64,000 nucleotides of DNA from Terriglobia bacterium (GTDB lineage: Bacteria; Acidobacteriota; Terriglobia; Bryobacterales; Bryobacteraceae): positions 91,547 to 155,546 of the forward strand of contig JAIQFK010000011.1 in assembly GCA_020073305.1 (NCBI GenBank), in the 5' to 3' direction. This document shows, one piece after another, positions 1 to 9,718 of the stretch (its first letter is position 1; each line of letters begins with the position of its first letter). Both the position numbers and the translations under genes were made by a program. The notes beneath the pieces are model-generated. The model did not search any database. It was not told where the DNA came from and was given only the letters and a program-made list of their open reading frames with translations.

Positions 1-182
1 AGCGCTCCATCCGTTCCTAAAAACGAATGACAGTGAGCCGGTGTTAACCGTGCCCCCCAACCGCCCCGGTTTTGAAGCTGCCGCGGCGATTTCGGCGGAT
101 GGCCCCTTTTTCGCGGGCGTCCGAAGCTCGTCGGAACCGCGCGCCCGGATACTGATGGCCGCCGCGCCTCTATCAGAAAAGT

Positions 183-623
183 TTAGGATATCGGGTTTGA
201 GGGATGGGCGTCAACCGCTATCGGTTCTAAGCCTGATTTCTCCCCGCCGTTCGGCACCACGAGAATCCATTCGACGGGCTTGTCTTCGAGGTTCTCGAAA
301 CCGTACTCGTCGCGATCGACCCAATCCGAGTAACCCGCCTTGTCCGTTCTTTCTCCCGTCTTGCCGTGGGCGTATTTCACCCGGACGTGCCGGTCGGTGA
401 CGCAGGTGAGCACATGCGCGGGTATTTCCATAACCATAGATTTTTCGTGCGGCCCCAAGCGGACACGGATCACCTGCACGCGAGGGTTTTCGAAGACGAG
501 ATGAAAGTGAGCGGGGTCGAGCGCGGTGGGATGGGTATCGAAAATGTCAGGCGGGAAAATGCGCTGCGCCTGGTGCGCCGCAGCCGCCATGAAGAAGCAG
601 CCAACCAACCAGAGGCGGAACAT
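183..623 (-). CDS. hypothetical secreted protein
   Basis: 146-aa ORF with a hydrophobic signal-like N-terminus (MFRLWLVGCFFMAAAAHQ). It lies 19 bp downstream of, and co-directional with, the TPR gene. I cannot assign a catalytic motif. Confidence 0.6.
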   Translation of the reverse strand: MFRLWLVGCFFMAAAAHQAQRIFPPDIFDTHPTALDPAHFHLVFENPRVQVIRVRLGPHEKSMVMEIPAHVLTCVTDRHVRVKYAHGKTGERTDKAGYSDWVDRDEYGFENLEDKPVEWILVVPNGGEKSGLEPIAVDAHPSNPIS

Positions 624-641
624 ATCACCTCCACCGGAGTT

Positions 642-2711
642 CTACTGTTGCTTGTCTTTCGGTAAAGACTCTTCTCTTGCCACGCGCACGCGGGCGGTTT
701 CGAGCTTCTTGCTCACCTTGGCCATCTCCGTCGGGTCCACGTCGGATTGCGCGGTCGATTCGTATGCCTTCAAGGAGCTCTGCCACTGCGCGATGGCGTC
801 ACGGAGCTTGCCCTGCTGGAAGTAGACGTCGCCCAGGTGATCATGCACCGTAGGGTCGGTGGAGATCTTCTGCAGCGCTTTCTGCAGGTAATTGGCGGCT
901 TCCTCCAGCCGGTTCTGGCGGAAGAAAACCCAGCCGAGGCTGTCCAGATACGCGCCGTTTTGCGGATCCAGTTCCACGGCTTTACTGATCAGCTTCTGGG
1001 CCTCGTCCAGGCGCTCATTGCGGTCGGCAAGCATATAGCCGAGATAATTCAGCGCGCCGGCGTTTTCGGGATCGGCATTCAGGACTTTGCGAAACTCGGC
1101 TTCGGCGGCGTCGTACTGCTTCATGCGCTCGAGCATGGCGCCGCGCATGAACATCACGGTTTCCTTGTCCTGCTTGGTCTCGGAGAGCTTTTCGGCGGCA
1201 TCGAGCGCCGCGCCCATCTCGGTAAAGCGCTTGCCCTTCTCGTATACCTGAGCGATGGCCAGCTGAGTCTCGCGGTCCTTCTCGCCATCCAGCAACGCGC
1301 GCAATTCGGCCGCGGCTTCATCGGTTTTGCCCAGATCGGCCAGGAGAGACGCGTGCGCCAGTCTCACCATGCGCTCTTTGGGAAACTTCTTGAGCGCGGC
1401 GTCCCCTTCCTCTTTCGCTTTATTCAGGTCTTTGGCCGAACGCCAGGTATCGATAATCTCGACCGACGCCCGCGGCCCGGCGGCCGGATCCAGTTGAGGA
1501 ATCTGCCGGAAAGCCTCGACCGCCTCGCTATAGCGGTTCGCGTTGCGATAGATCCCGCCGAGACGCTCGAGCAGCATGATCCGTGTGTTCTTCTCGGATT
1601 CGGTGTAATTCTTCTTCGCGCTATCGTTGAGCATGGTGCGCAACGTCGCAATGGCTTCATCCGGCTTGCCTTCGGCCTCGAAGAAGTAAGTCTCCTCGAA
1701 ACGCGCCTCGAGTCCATCCTTGTCGAGCTCTTTGGCCTTATTGAGAGCGGCGCGCGCCTTCGTCAAATCGCCCTTCTGGCGGTAGATCTCCGAGAGCCGC
1801 AATTGAGTCTGCATGTCGTGCGGATCGGCGGCGGCGATTTCGTTGTACAGTTTCAGCGCCTCGTCGAAATGGTCGGTGAAGAACACGTCCTGTGCCAGAG
1901 CGCGCTTGATCCGGGTATTTTCCGGGTCCATCTGCAGCGCCTGCTTCCAGATGTCGGCCGCACTCGCAAAATCGCGCGTCTGGTCGTAGAAGCTCGCCAG
2001 TGCCGAAAGGGTTCGCGGATTGGGATCTTTGCCCGTTACCTGGCGCAGCATTTCGATGGCGTTCTTGGTGTCGCCCACCTCGGAGTACACCATCGCCAGG
2101 CCGGTCAGGGCCTCTTCGTTGCCCGCGTCCTGATCGAGGACCTTCTTGTAATCTTTCTCCGCTTCCACGGAATTATGATTGATCCGCTGGAGCCGGCCCA
2201 GCATGAGCCAGCTCTCGACGTCTTTCGGGTCGCCCTCGGTGACCTTCTGAAATTGCTCGATGGCCCGCCGCAGCATGTCCTCGTTCACGCGAGTCTGTTG
2301 CGGGTCGCCGATCAGCCGCGCGTAGATGCGGCCCAGCAGCCGCCGCGCGTCCAGATTGTTCGGGTCCTGCTTGAGCAGGTCCTCGGCTTCGGTCACCGCG
2401 TCCTTAATCCGGCCCGCCTGGATGTAAAGATCCGTCAGCTCTTCGGAGAGGAAGGAAGCCGAGGGATCCAGCTTCATCGCCTGCCGGTAAAAGTCGATGG
2501 CTTTGTTGGTGTAGTCGCTTCGATTGCCGAATGCCCCGGCCAGTTCCGCGTAGAGATGGCCCATGGCGAAGTTGTAATACGCGGTGGCTTTATCGGAGGC
2601 CTTGGAATCCGCCGCGCTCGGGGTGGGCGAAGGGGTCTGACTCCAAGCCAGACCGGAGAAGACTGCGGCGAGGCACAAAGCCGCTGAGAGGTTTCTTGCT
2701 GGACGATTCAT
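642..2711 (-). CDS. TPR-repeat protein with signal peptide
   Basis: 689-aa ORF with a signal-like N-terminus (LSAALCLAAVFSGLAWSQ). Many 34-aa TPR-type helical repeats are present (AIDFYRQAMKLDP, AEKDYKKVLDQD, AEAEFRKVLNADPEN, AANYLQKALQ). Confidence 0.85.
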   Translation of the reverse strand: MNRPARNLSAALCLAAVFSGLAWSQTPSPTPSAADSKASDKATAYYNFAMGHLYAELAGAFGNRSDYTNKAIDFYRQAMKLDPSASFLSEELTDLYIQAGRIKDAVTEAEDLLKQDPNNLDARRLLGRIYARLIGDPQQTRVNEDMLRRAIEQFQKVTEGDPKDVESWLMLGRLQRINHNSVEAEKDYKKVLDQDAGNEEALTGLAMVYSEVGDTKNAIEMLRQVTGKDPNPRTLSALASFYDQTRDFASAADIWKQALQMDPENTRIKRALAQDVFFTDHFDEALKLYNEIAAADPHDMQTQLRLSEIYRQKGDLTKARAALNKAKELDKDGLEARFEETYFFEAEGKPDEAIATLRTMLNDSAKKNYTESEKNTRIMLLERLGGIYRNANRYSEAVEAFRQIPQLDPAAGPRASVEIIDTWRSAKDLNKAKEEGDAALKKFPKERMVRLAHASLLADLGKTDEAAAELRALLDGEKDRETQLAIAQVYEKGKRFTEMGAALDAAEKLSETKQDKETVMFMRGAMLERMKQYDAAEAEFRKVLNADPENAGALNYLGYMLADRNERLDEAQKLISKAVELDPQNGAYLDSLGWVFFRQNRLEEAANYLQKALQKISTDPTVHDHLGDVYFQQGKLRDAIAQWQSSLKAYESTAQSDVDPTEMAKVSKKLETARVRVAREESLPKDKQQ

Positions 2712-2816
2712 CTATAAAGCTACTTTCTTTCGTCCACCGTACGTTGGGTCACCTGGGCGAGACGAAGAGCTACCCCTACTCATTGTATAACGCTGCCGCA
2801 CGTAAACTAAGACGGA

Positions 2817-3758
2817 ATGGGGCTGCGCAAGGTTATCGCCATTTTAGGACCTACCGGATCGGGGAAAAGTGAGCTGGCGCTGTGCGTTGCCCGAGGTCTG
2901 GCGGGCGAGGTGGTGAACTGCGATTCCCTCCAAATCTACCGGTATTTCAACATCGGTACGGCCAAACTGCCGCCTGAGGCGCGCCAGGGGATCCCCCATC
3001 ACCTCATCGATATTCTGGACCCAGACCAGGTCTTTACCGCCGGCGAATACGCGCGTCTGGGGCGCCGGGTACTAGACGAGATTTCGATGCGCGGACGCCT
3101 CCCAGTACTGGCGGGTGGTACCGGTTTTTACCTGCGCGCGCTGATCGACGGCCTGTTTCCGGGCCCGCAGCGTGACCAGGCTCTGCGCGACCGCCTTGCC
3201 GCGCGCGAGATCCGTCATCCCGGCTCCCTCCACCGGCTGCTTCGCCGCTTCGATCCGCACGCCGCCGCACGCATTCATTCCCGCGACCTTCCCAAGGTCA
3301 CTCGCGCGCTCGAAGTGTGTCTCATCACCCGCCGCCCGGTCACTGAATTATTCCAGCAGGGCCGGGACGCGCTGGGAGGCTATGAAACTCTGAAGATCGG
3401 TCTCTCGCCCCCGCGAGATCTGCTCTATGAGAAGCTCGACAAGCGCACCCGGCAGATGTTTGAGGCGGGACTCATCGAGGAGGTCCGAGGTATTCTGTCG
3501 CGCGGCTTCGCCCTCGCGGTGAAACCATTTGAATCGCATGGCTATCGCCAGGCCATCCAGTTTCTCAACGGGGAGTTGAAGCTCGAAGAAGCCATCTTCT
3601 ATGCGCAACGCAACACGCGGCGATACGCCAAACGCCAGATGACCTGGTTTCGCCAGGAGCCGGGCATCGAGTGGTTTTCCGGTTTCGGCGATGACACCGG
3701 AATTCAGCAGGCTGTGCTCGACCGTGCGCGCGGGTTTCTCGCATCGTCCCACATGTGA
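2817..3758 (+). CDS. miaA: tRNA dimethylallyltransferase
   Basis: P-loop ILGPTGSGKSELAL at the N-terminus, followed by the typical MiaA motifs DSLQIYRYFNIGTAK, HHLIDILDP, GGTGFYLRAL and YAKRQMTWFR. Confidence 0.95.
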   Translation: MGLRKVIAILGPTGSGKSELALCVARGLAGEVVNCDSLQIYRYFNIGTAKLPPEARQGIPHHLIDILDPDQVFTAGEYARLGRRVLDEISMRGRLPVLAGGTGFYLRALIDGLFPGPQRDQALRDRLAAREIRHPGSLHRLLRRFDPHAAARIHSRDLPKVTRALEVCLITRRPVTELFQQGRDALGGYETLKIGLSPPRDLLYEKLDKRTRQMFEAGLIEEVRGILSRGFALAVKPFESHGYRQAIQFLNGELKLEEAIFYAQRNTRRYAKRQMTWFRQEPGIEWFSGFGDDTGIQQAVLDRARGFLASSHM

Positions 3759-3970
3759 ACACTGCCCGGTTTCGAACGCCAAAATCCGCCCCAACTTACT
3801 GTTAAATCACCGTATCAACGAGGAACGTTTTCCAGCTTCGCTCGTATTATTGAACAAGAATCGCAGTCGGCTTCGGGGAATATTTTGAACGGTTTTTAAC
3901 ACGGGCGATACGTGTGTCTGCGCCCGAACGTTATCCCGGGCCGATGGCAGAAAGAGGAGACGATTGACCG

Positions 3971-4294
3971 ATGATCAACAAGATTCTGTTGGTATGCACC
4001 GTGCTCGTGCTGGCCGGTTTGGCGAGCGCGAAGTCCTATTCCATCACGTTGTTTGAACCCTCCGTAATCGGCGGAACGGAGCTGAAACCGGGCGACTATA
4101 CGCTCGAGCTGAAAGAGGAAAAGGTGGTGATTAAGAGGGGCAAGCAGGCATGCGAGGCCGCGGTGAAAGTGGAAACCGCGGACAGCAAGTACTCCTCGAC
4201 GTCTGTGCGCTACAGCAATGGCGACGGCAAGTACCACATCCAGGAGATTCATCTCGGCGGCACAACCATGAAGCTGGTGGTGAACGCCAACTAG
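3971..4294 (+). CDS. small secreted protein, unknown function
   Basis: 107-aa ORF with a clear signal peptide (MINKILLVCTVLVLAGLASA) and a beta-rich mature part. Confidence 0.7.
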   Translation: MINKILLVCTVLVLAGLASAKSYSITLFEPSVIGGTELKPGDYTLELKEEKVVIKRGKQACEAAVKVETADSKYSSTSVRYSNGDGKYHIQEIHLGGTTMKLVVNAN

Positions 4295-4340
4295 CTACTT
4301 TTGCGTTCGGGCGCTGGAAGCCGCTGCTAAACTGAAGGGA

Positions 4341-5570
4341 ATGCAGCGGCTCCCGTTTTTCTGCCTGAGCCTTCTCCTCCTAGGTCAGGCGCCGGTTCGG
4401 GCGGACACCGTCCTGGTCCTCCCGTTTTTCAACCAATCCACCGCACAGAATATTGACTGGATTGGCGAGAGCATTGCCGAAACCCTTCGCGAGTCGTTAG
4501 CCTCGCAGGGCATCCTGGTGCTCTCGCGCGAGGACCGTCTGGAGGCGTATCGCCGCCTTTCCATTCGCGCGAACGCCGTGCTCACGCATGCCTCCGTGAT
4601 GAAGCTCGGCGAAGCTCTGGATGCCTCGCAAGTGATCTACGGATATTTTCAAGTTTCCCCGGCGCCCCAGTCGAATGCGTCTGCGGAATCTTCGGCGGCG
4701 TCCGGAACCTCTGCCGTATCGTCGCGGGATTCTCTGCACGTGTCCGCGCGCGTGCTGGACCTGAAGCGCTCGCGCCAGGGGCCGGAATTCGAGGAAATCG
4801 GCGCCTTGGAAGATCTGGCTTCGCTCGAAACCAATCTGACCTGGCGCTGCCTGACGTTCCTCGCGCCTCGAACGGCCATCACCGAGCAGGATTTCCGCCG
4901 CAACCGCCCTCCGCTGCGGCTGGACGCCGTTGAGAACTACATCCGCGGCCTGATGGCGTCCTCGCCCGATCAGAAGCACCGTCTGTTTACGCAAGCCGCC
5001 CGGCTGGACGCGCGTTTCTCCCAGCCAAACTTCCAGTTAGGCAAAATGGAGTGGGAAAAGAAGAATTACGATATCGCCGCTCAATGGCTGGAGAAAGTGA
5101 ATGGCGGGGACTCGCACTACTTTGAGGCTCTGTTTCTGCTCGGATTATGCCGCTACTACAAAGCCGATTTCGCGGGCGCGGAAAAGAACTTCGAGACCGT
5201 GGCGGCCGCGGTGCCGCTCAGCGAAGTCATCAATGATCTGGGCGCCGCCCAATCCCGGTTGCGCCAGCCAGCCGCGCTCGACAACTTTCGCCGCGCTCTC
5301 GAAGGCGATACCACCGACCCCAATTATCATTTCAACGTGGGATACTTTCTCTGGAAACAAGGAGACTTCGCCCAGGCTGCCGACAGCTTTCGCGCGCTGC
5401 TGGACCGCAATCCCGAGGATGCCGAGGCGGTCATTTTCCTGGGGCGGTGCCTCAAGAAAGACGGCGCGCGCACCGGGGATCCGCGAAGCGAAGGCCGCGA
5501 ACGGCTCAAACTCAACTTCGAAGAGACGGCGTACCGCCAGCTAAAGGCCGAGCTGGAATCCAAACACTGA
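4341..5570 (+). CDS. secreted protein with TolB-N-like domain and C-terminal TPR repeats
   Basis: Signal peptide (FFCLSLLLLGQAPVRA), then VLVLPFFNQS...IDWIGESIAE (a TolB/LpoB-like N-domain pattern). The C-terminal half carries TPR motifs (YFEALFLLGLCRYY, AADSFRALLDRNPEDAEA). Confidence 0.75.
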   Translation: MQRLPFFCLSLLLLGQAPVRADTVLVLPFFNQSTAQNIDWIGESIAETLRESLASQGILVLSREDRLEAYRRLSIRANAVLTHASVMKLGEALDASQVIYGYFQVSPAPQSNASAESSAASGTSAVSSRDSLHVSARVLDLKRSRQGPEFEEIGALEDLASLETNLTWRCLTFLAPRTAITEQDFRRNRPPLRLDAVENYIRGLMASSPDQKHRLFTQAARLDARFSQPNFQLGKMEWEKKNYDIAAQWLEKVNGGDSHYFEALFLLGLCRYYKADFAGAEKNFETVAAAVPLSEVINDLGAAQSRLRQPAALDNFRRALEGDTTDPNYHFNVGYFLWKQGDFAQAADSFRALLDRNPEDAEAVIFLGRCLKKDGARTGDPRSEGRERLKLNFEETAYRQLKAELESKH

Positions 5571-5595
5571 AACCGCCGGGGACTGCAAAAGGTCT

Positions 5596-6651
5596 TTGAT
5601 GCGCTCCGTCCTATACGCCCTGTTCGGGGCGTCGTTTACCCTCGCAACCGCCTGGGCTCTCGGCGCGCTGGTTCTCCGTAAACTCTCCCTCTCGCTCGCC
5701 GCCATCGAGGAGCGGATGCTGGCCTTCATCGCCGGTTCGGCGTGTTTGAGCGCCGTCGTGCTGGTGTTGTGCAGCGTGGGGCTGGCTCGAAAGAGCGTGT
5801 TCCTGGTAGTCGGATCAGCCGCCATTCTCGCCGTCACCCGGCCCGGCGCTCACCGGCGCGGTGAACCGTTGCCGCCGCTGCCACGAGTGTGGAAATGGCT
5901 GTTCGTGATGGTCTTCGCCGTGTTCATGGCGGTGTACCTTGTCCGGGCCCTGGCGCCAGAAGTGATTCCGGACGCTGCCACGCATCGCTTGTCTTTGATG
6001 GATCAAGCGCATGGATTCATCCGGAACGCCGGGAACCTGAAGGGGTCGCAAGGTTTTGAGCTGCTGCTCCTTTACGCTTTCGCCTTCGGCAGGCGCCCGG
6101 CAGCGGCCGTGGTTGGTTTGGGTTTTCTGGCCTCGTTGACGCTGCTACTGGTAAGTTACGGGCGGCGCATGGGGTATCCCGCGGTGGGAATCGGCGCCGC
6201 GCTTCTTACCTGCGCGGGCTTTCTGGCCCTCCAACACGACTTGAGCGGCGCGGGAATCACCATCGTTCTGTTCGCGCTCTACTACGTGCTTCGGGTCTGG
6301 GATCAGCAAGGCGCGCGGGAGTTGCTGGTGCTGGCCGGAATCCTGGCCGGGTTCAGCTATGCCGCGAACTACGCCGCGATTGCGGCGCTGCCCGGCGCGC
6401 TGGCGTTCGTCACCGGGAAGCTGTGGCGGAAGCGTCAGCCGGTGTTTCCTCCGGCGCGGACCCTCTGCGTTCCAGCACTAACGTTCATGCTGCCCTGGAT
6501 CATGAAGGACGCAATACTCGGCTTCCACGACGCAGGCATGGCAGGCACCGGGTGGCTCATGCCGGTTCTGCCCTTCGCTTCGCTGGCCTCGCTCCTGGCC
6601 TTGTCCCGTTTGCCCCGCCTCTTCGCCGCGCTGCGGAACGTGGCCCGGTAG
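5596..6651 (+). CDS. polytopic integral membrane protein, unknown function
   Basis: 351-aa ORF made almost entirely of hydrophobic helices. The ATG at 5599 is the likely start. It lies immediately upstream of an FkbM-type methyltransferase, so a role in envelope glycan metabolism is possible (inference). Confidence 0.7.
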   Translation: MMRSVLYALFGASFTLATAWALGALVLRKLSLSLAAIEERMLAFIAGSACLSAVVLVLCSVGLARKSVFLVVGSAAILAVTRPGAHRRGEPLPPLPRVWKWLFVMVFAVFMAVYLVRALAPEVIPDAATHRLSLMDQAHGFIRNAGNLKGSQGFELLLLYAFAFGRRPAAAVVGLGFLASLTLLLVSYGRRMGYPAVGIGAALLTCAGFLALQHDLSGAGITIVLFALYYVLRVWDQQGARELLVLAGILAGFSYAANYAAIAALPGALAFVTGKLWRKRQPVFPPARTLCVPALTFMLPWIMKDAILGFHDAGMAGTGWLMPVLPFASLASLLALSRLPRLFAALRNVAR

Positions 6652-6657
6652 CCTTTC

Positions 6658-7593
6658 GTGAAACCGTATGCCACGCGGCTGGCGAAGGTCCGCTGGTACG
6701 TCTGGGTCCTCGTCGCGGCCGGCGGTCTTTGGCTTGCTCCCTACGCCAACCGGCCGGCAGCTGTAAGAACCTACTTTCGGCTCGAGCAGGCATGGGTGGA
6801 ACATTGGCCGGTGGAGAGCCAAAAACATGGCATCGAAGGGCTGGCGCCGTACCTGTGCGGTCTCAGCGTCCTGCGGCCGGTGCGCCTTCAGGTCGAGCCC
6901 GGTGTCAGTTTCTTGCTCGATCCGCGTGATTTGATCGGCGTCTCGATCTTGAGAAGCGGGGTCTGGCAGCCTGAGATCTGGGATTCCATCTCTCCCGTTC
7001 TTTCCCAGGGCAACGTTTTCCTCGACGTAGGAGCGCATATCGGATATTTCTCCATGAAAGCGGCGGCGAGAGTGGGCAAAACCGGGCGTGTGGTGGCATT
7101 CGAACCCAACCCCGAGACCCTGAAGTTGCTCCGTGAAAATGTGGCCGCCAACCAGGCTCAGAATGTGGTGGTTGAGCCGATCGCGTGCACGGATCGCGAG
7201 CAGATGCTGACGCTGTATGCAGCCGCCGGCAGCAACACGGGCGCATCATCGCTCGCCCGCCACAACGCCGACATCTCCGCCGAGAACCCTCCCAGGCCGT
7301 ACCCTGTACGTGGCCGGCCCATCGACGACGTGGTTCGCGAGCTGGACTTGACGCGAGTGGATGCCATCAAGATCGACGTGGAGGGAGCGGAGGTAGGGGT
7401 GCTCCGGGGGGCGGTGGATACTCTGAAGCGCTTTCATCCAAGACTGGTAATTGAAGTCGTGGCGCAGCAACTCGCCAGTTTCCAGACCACGCCGGATGAC
7501 GTGGCCGCAGTGCTCCGGGATGCCGGATACAACCGGAGGAAGCCGGTCGGACCCACGGACTGGGAATGGACCGCTGAAAACCCCGGCCGGTAA
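6658..7593 (+). CDS. FkbM-family SAM-dependent methyltransferase
   Basis: Motifs VFLDVGAHIGYFS, VVAFEPNPETLKLLRENV and IDAIKIDVEGAEVGVLRGA are characteristic of the FkbM family. The N-terminal membrane/signal segment begins at a GTG start. Confidence 0.85.
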   Translation: MKPYATRLAKVRWYVWVLVAAGGLWLAPYANRPAAVRTYFRLEQAWVEHWPVESQKHGIEGLAPYLCGLSVLRPVRLQVEPGVSFLLDPRDLIGVSILRSGVWQPEIWDSISPVLSQGNVFLDVGAHIGYFSMKAAARVGKTGRVVAFEPNPETLKLLRENVAANQAQNVVVEPIACTDREQMLTLYAAAGSNTGASSLARHNADISAENPPRPYPVRGRPIDDVVRELDLTRVDAIKIDVEGAEVGVLRGAVDTLKRFHPRLVIEVVAQQLASFQTTPDDVAAVLRDAGYNRRKPVGPTDWEWTAENPGR

Positions 7594-7674
7594 GCCCATC
7601 CTCCTAAACTGAACCCATACTTCCGCCGATAAAAGACAAGACGGCTACGAGAGGCCGCGGGTGGGAGTACGGGT

Positions 7675-8604
7675 GTGAAGGCGCTGATTGCGGACGACAA
7701 TGCGGGGTTTCGTACCGTGCTCGAGCGGATGCTGCGCAAATGGGGGTACGACGTGATGGCGGCATCGGACGGGTTGGCAGCCTGGGCGGCGCTCCAAGCT
7801 CCGGATCCTCCGAGGCTTGCGATTCTCGACTGGATGATGCCCGGGCTGGACGGCGTTGAGGTCTGCCGGCGTGTGCGCGAAGAAAACCGCGAGCCGTACA
7901 TCTACATTCTCCTGCTCACCGCCAAAGACACGGCCGAAGAACTGGTGGAGGGGATGGAAGCCGGCGCCGATGATTACCTCCGCAAGCCCGTGGACACCCA
8001 TGAGCTGCGTGCCCGGGTGCGGGCCGGGCGTCGGATTCTGGATCTGCAGGAGGAAGTGGTGCGTGGGCGGGAAGCGCTGCGAAAGTTGGCGACTTGCGAT
8101 CCGCTCACCGGTCTTTGGAACCGAAATGCCATGTTGGAGATCCTCGCGCGCGAATTGAAACGTGCGAAACGGGAATTGAGCCCGCTCTCCCTCCTCATGG
8201 CGGATCTCGATCACTTTAAACAGGTCAACGACACGCTGGGCCATGCGGCCGGCGATGCCGTGCTGCAGGAAGCGGCGCGAAGAATGACGGGCTGTGTCCG
8301 TCCCTATGACGCGGTGTGCCGCTACGGTGGTGAGGAGTTTCTGATCGTACTGCCCGGATGTGATCTGGCGGACGCCACCCTGCGCGCCGAAGAAATCCGC
8401 TCGGCCATCGCGGCCTCGCCGTTCCAGATCGCGGAGGGCAACCTCAATGTCACCTGCAGCCTGGGTGTTGCGGCGTCGTCCGGCTCCGCCGGGTTCGATG
8501 CCTTCGCGCTTACACGCGAGGCCGACGAAGCTCTCTACAGCGCAAAACACAACGGCCGCAACCGCGTCGAGATTCTCACTCCTCAACCCGTCACGGCCCG
8601 CTGA
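7675..8604 (+). CDS. response regulator-diguanylate cyclase (REC-GGDEF)
   Basis: N-terminal receiver domain (ALIADDN...ILDWMMPGLDG...KP). The C-terminal GGDEF domain has an active-site GGEEF and an RxxD I-site (RPYD) five residues upstream. Confidence 0.92.
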   Translation: MKALIADDNAGFRTVLERMLRKWGYDVMAASDGLAAWAALQAPDPPRLAILDWMMPGLDGVEVCRRVREENREPYIYILLLTAKDTAEELVEGMEAGADDYLRKPVDTHELRARVRAGRRILDLQEEVVRGREALRKLATCDPLTGLWNRNAMLEILARELKRAKRELSPLSLLMADLDHFKQVNDTLGHAAGDAVLQEAARRMTGCVRPYDAVCRYGGEEFLIVLPGCDLADATLRAEEIRSAIAASPFQIAEGNLNVTCSLGVAASSGSAGFDAFALTREADEALYSAKHNGRNRVEILTPQPVTAR

Positions 8605-8643
8605 GCCGGGCTGCCCTTCGGGCGCTCGTGTTAGCCTTACAAG

Positions 8644-9690
8644 TTGCGGAACGTCATTGCGCCACGGGACGAGGCGCGCCGGATTGGCGGGTGCCGGGGC
8701 CACACCAGTGCGGTTTTCATCGCCGCACCCGCATTCCTCGCTGCTCTACTCTTTCAGGGCTGCGGATATATCGGCGAGCCGCTGCCACCGGCGCTGAATA
8801 TCCCCCAGCGTGTGGCTAATTTATCGGCCATTGAGCGTGGCGGGCAAATCGTCGTTCAATTCACGCGGCCCGCGCGTACCACAGACAATCTCGATCTCCA
8901 GAGGACGGTCCGGATGGAGCTGCGCGTCGGGTTGGCCAGCGCCCCGTTCCAGATGGAGTCCTGGGAGGCGAGCGCGAGAACCTTCAGCGATATTCCGGCG
9001 GACGAAGCCTCTGTGAAATACGCTCTGCCGGCCGCGGAGTGGGTCGGCAAGGATGCGGTCATTGGCGTCAAGGTCTTCAGCGCGAACGGCCGGACCGCGG
9101 GGTGGTCGAACCTGTTCACCCTGTCTGTCGTCCCGCCCCTCGCTCCGCCCGGGTATTTGGAAGCCGCGGACGTGCGTGAGGGTTCGCGGCTGACCTGGCA
9201 GGGGGACGCGCCGCACTACCGGATCTACCGCCGCGCCGCCGAGGAATCGAACCCTCTGACGATTGGGGAAACCGAGCGGACCGAATATATCGACGCGAAG
9301 ACGGAATACGGAATTCCATACCACTATTCGGTTGAGGGGTTCCGCACGGGTGGGGACGTTCACGCGTTCAGCGAACGCTCCGCCGAAGCGACGATCACCA
9401 CGCATGACACGTATGCGCCGTCTGTGCCTGCGGGTCTGGCCGCAGTGGCTTCGATTGGCAGCATCGAGCTGATGTGGGACCGCAGCATGGCCCCAGACCT
9501 TGCGGGGTATCGCATTTACCGGGCGGCAGGAGATGGGCGGCTGGAAAAACTAGCCGAAACCGCTGAACGGCCCAGCTACAGCGATCGCGCGGTGGAGTCC
9601 GGCAAGACCTACCATTACGCCGTCACCGCCTTCGACAAACTCGGAAATGAAAGCGAAAAGTCGGCGCCGGTGACCGTCATCGCTCAGTAG
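8644..9690 (+). CDS. fibronectin type III domain lipoprotein/secreted protein
   Basis: Lipobox-like LLFQGC near the N-terminus. The C-terminal FN3-type repeats read YRIYRRA...YHYSVEGF and YRIYRAAGDG...KTYHYAVTAFDKLGNES. The exact start is uncertain. Confidence 0.75.
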   Translation: MRNVIAPRDEARRIGGCRGHTSAVFIAAPAFLAALLFQGCGYIGEPLPPALNIPQRVANLSAIERGGQIVVQFTRPARTTDNLDLQRTVRMELRVGLASAPFQMESWEASARTFSDIPADEASVKYALPAAEWVGKDAVIGVKVFSANGRTAGWSNLFTLSVVPPLAPPGYLEAADVREGSRLTWQGDAPHYRIYRRAAEESNPLTIGETERTEYIDAKTEYGIPYHYSVEGFRTGGDVHAFSERSAEATITTHDTYAPSVPAGLAAVASIGSIELMWDRSMAPDLAGYRIYRAAGDGRLEKLAETAERPSYSDRAVESGKTYHYAVTAFDKLGNESEKSAPVTVIAQ

Positions 9691-9718
9691 GCGAGTGCAG
9701 GCAGCCGTGGGGCGAGTA

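Noticed and set aside
41-400. 119-aa ORF at the left edge of the window, and possible coding sequence in 1-182.
   Set aside because: It overlaps the better-supported minus-strand gene at 183-623, has Arg/Pro/Ser-rich shadow composition and carries no motif. I could not support any feature in 1-182.
747-2687. 646-aa ORF on the plus strand opposite the TPR gene. Similar long mirror ORFs occur at 7645-8703, 15673-16638, 17894-19033, 20060-21124, 21232-22407, 32202-33911, 37523-38599, 39379-40407, 40567-41688, 48811-50208, 49695-51122, 50984-52249, 54853-55752 and 58230-59177.
   Set aside because: Each is antisense to a gene with clear family motifs. Each is Arg/Gly/Ala/Pro/His-rich with no recognisable domain, and high-GC DNA is expected to have few stop codons on the opposite strand. 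I treat them as shadow ORFs.
4295-4352. Hairpin GCCGCTGC...GCAGCGGC spanning the start codon of the gene at 4341, considered as a possible translational control element.
   Set aside because: The stem is only 8 bp and the loop is 15 nt. I have no conservation evidence, and such palindromes arise easily in GC-rich DNA.
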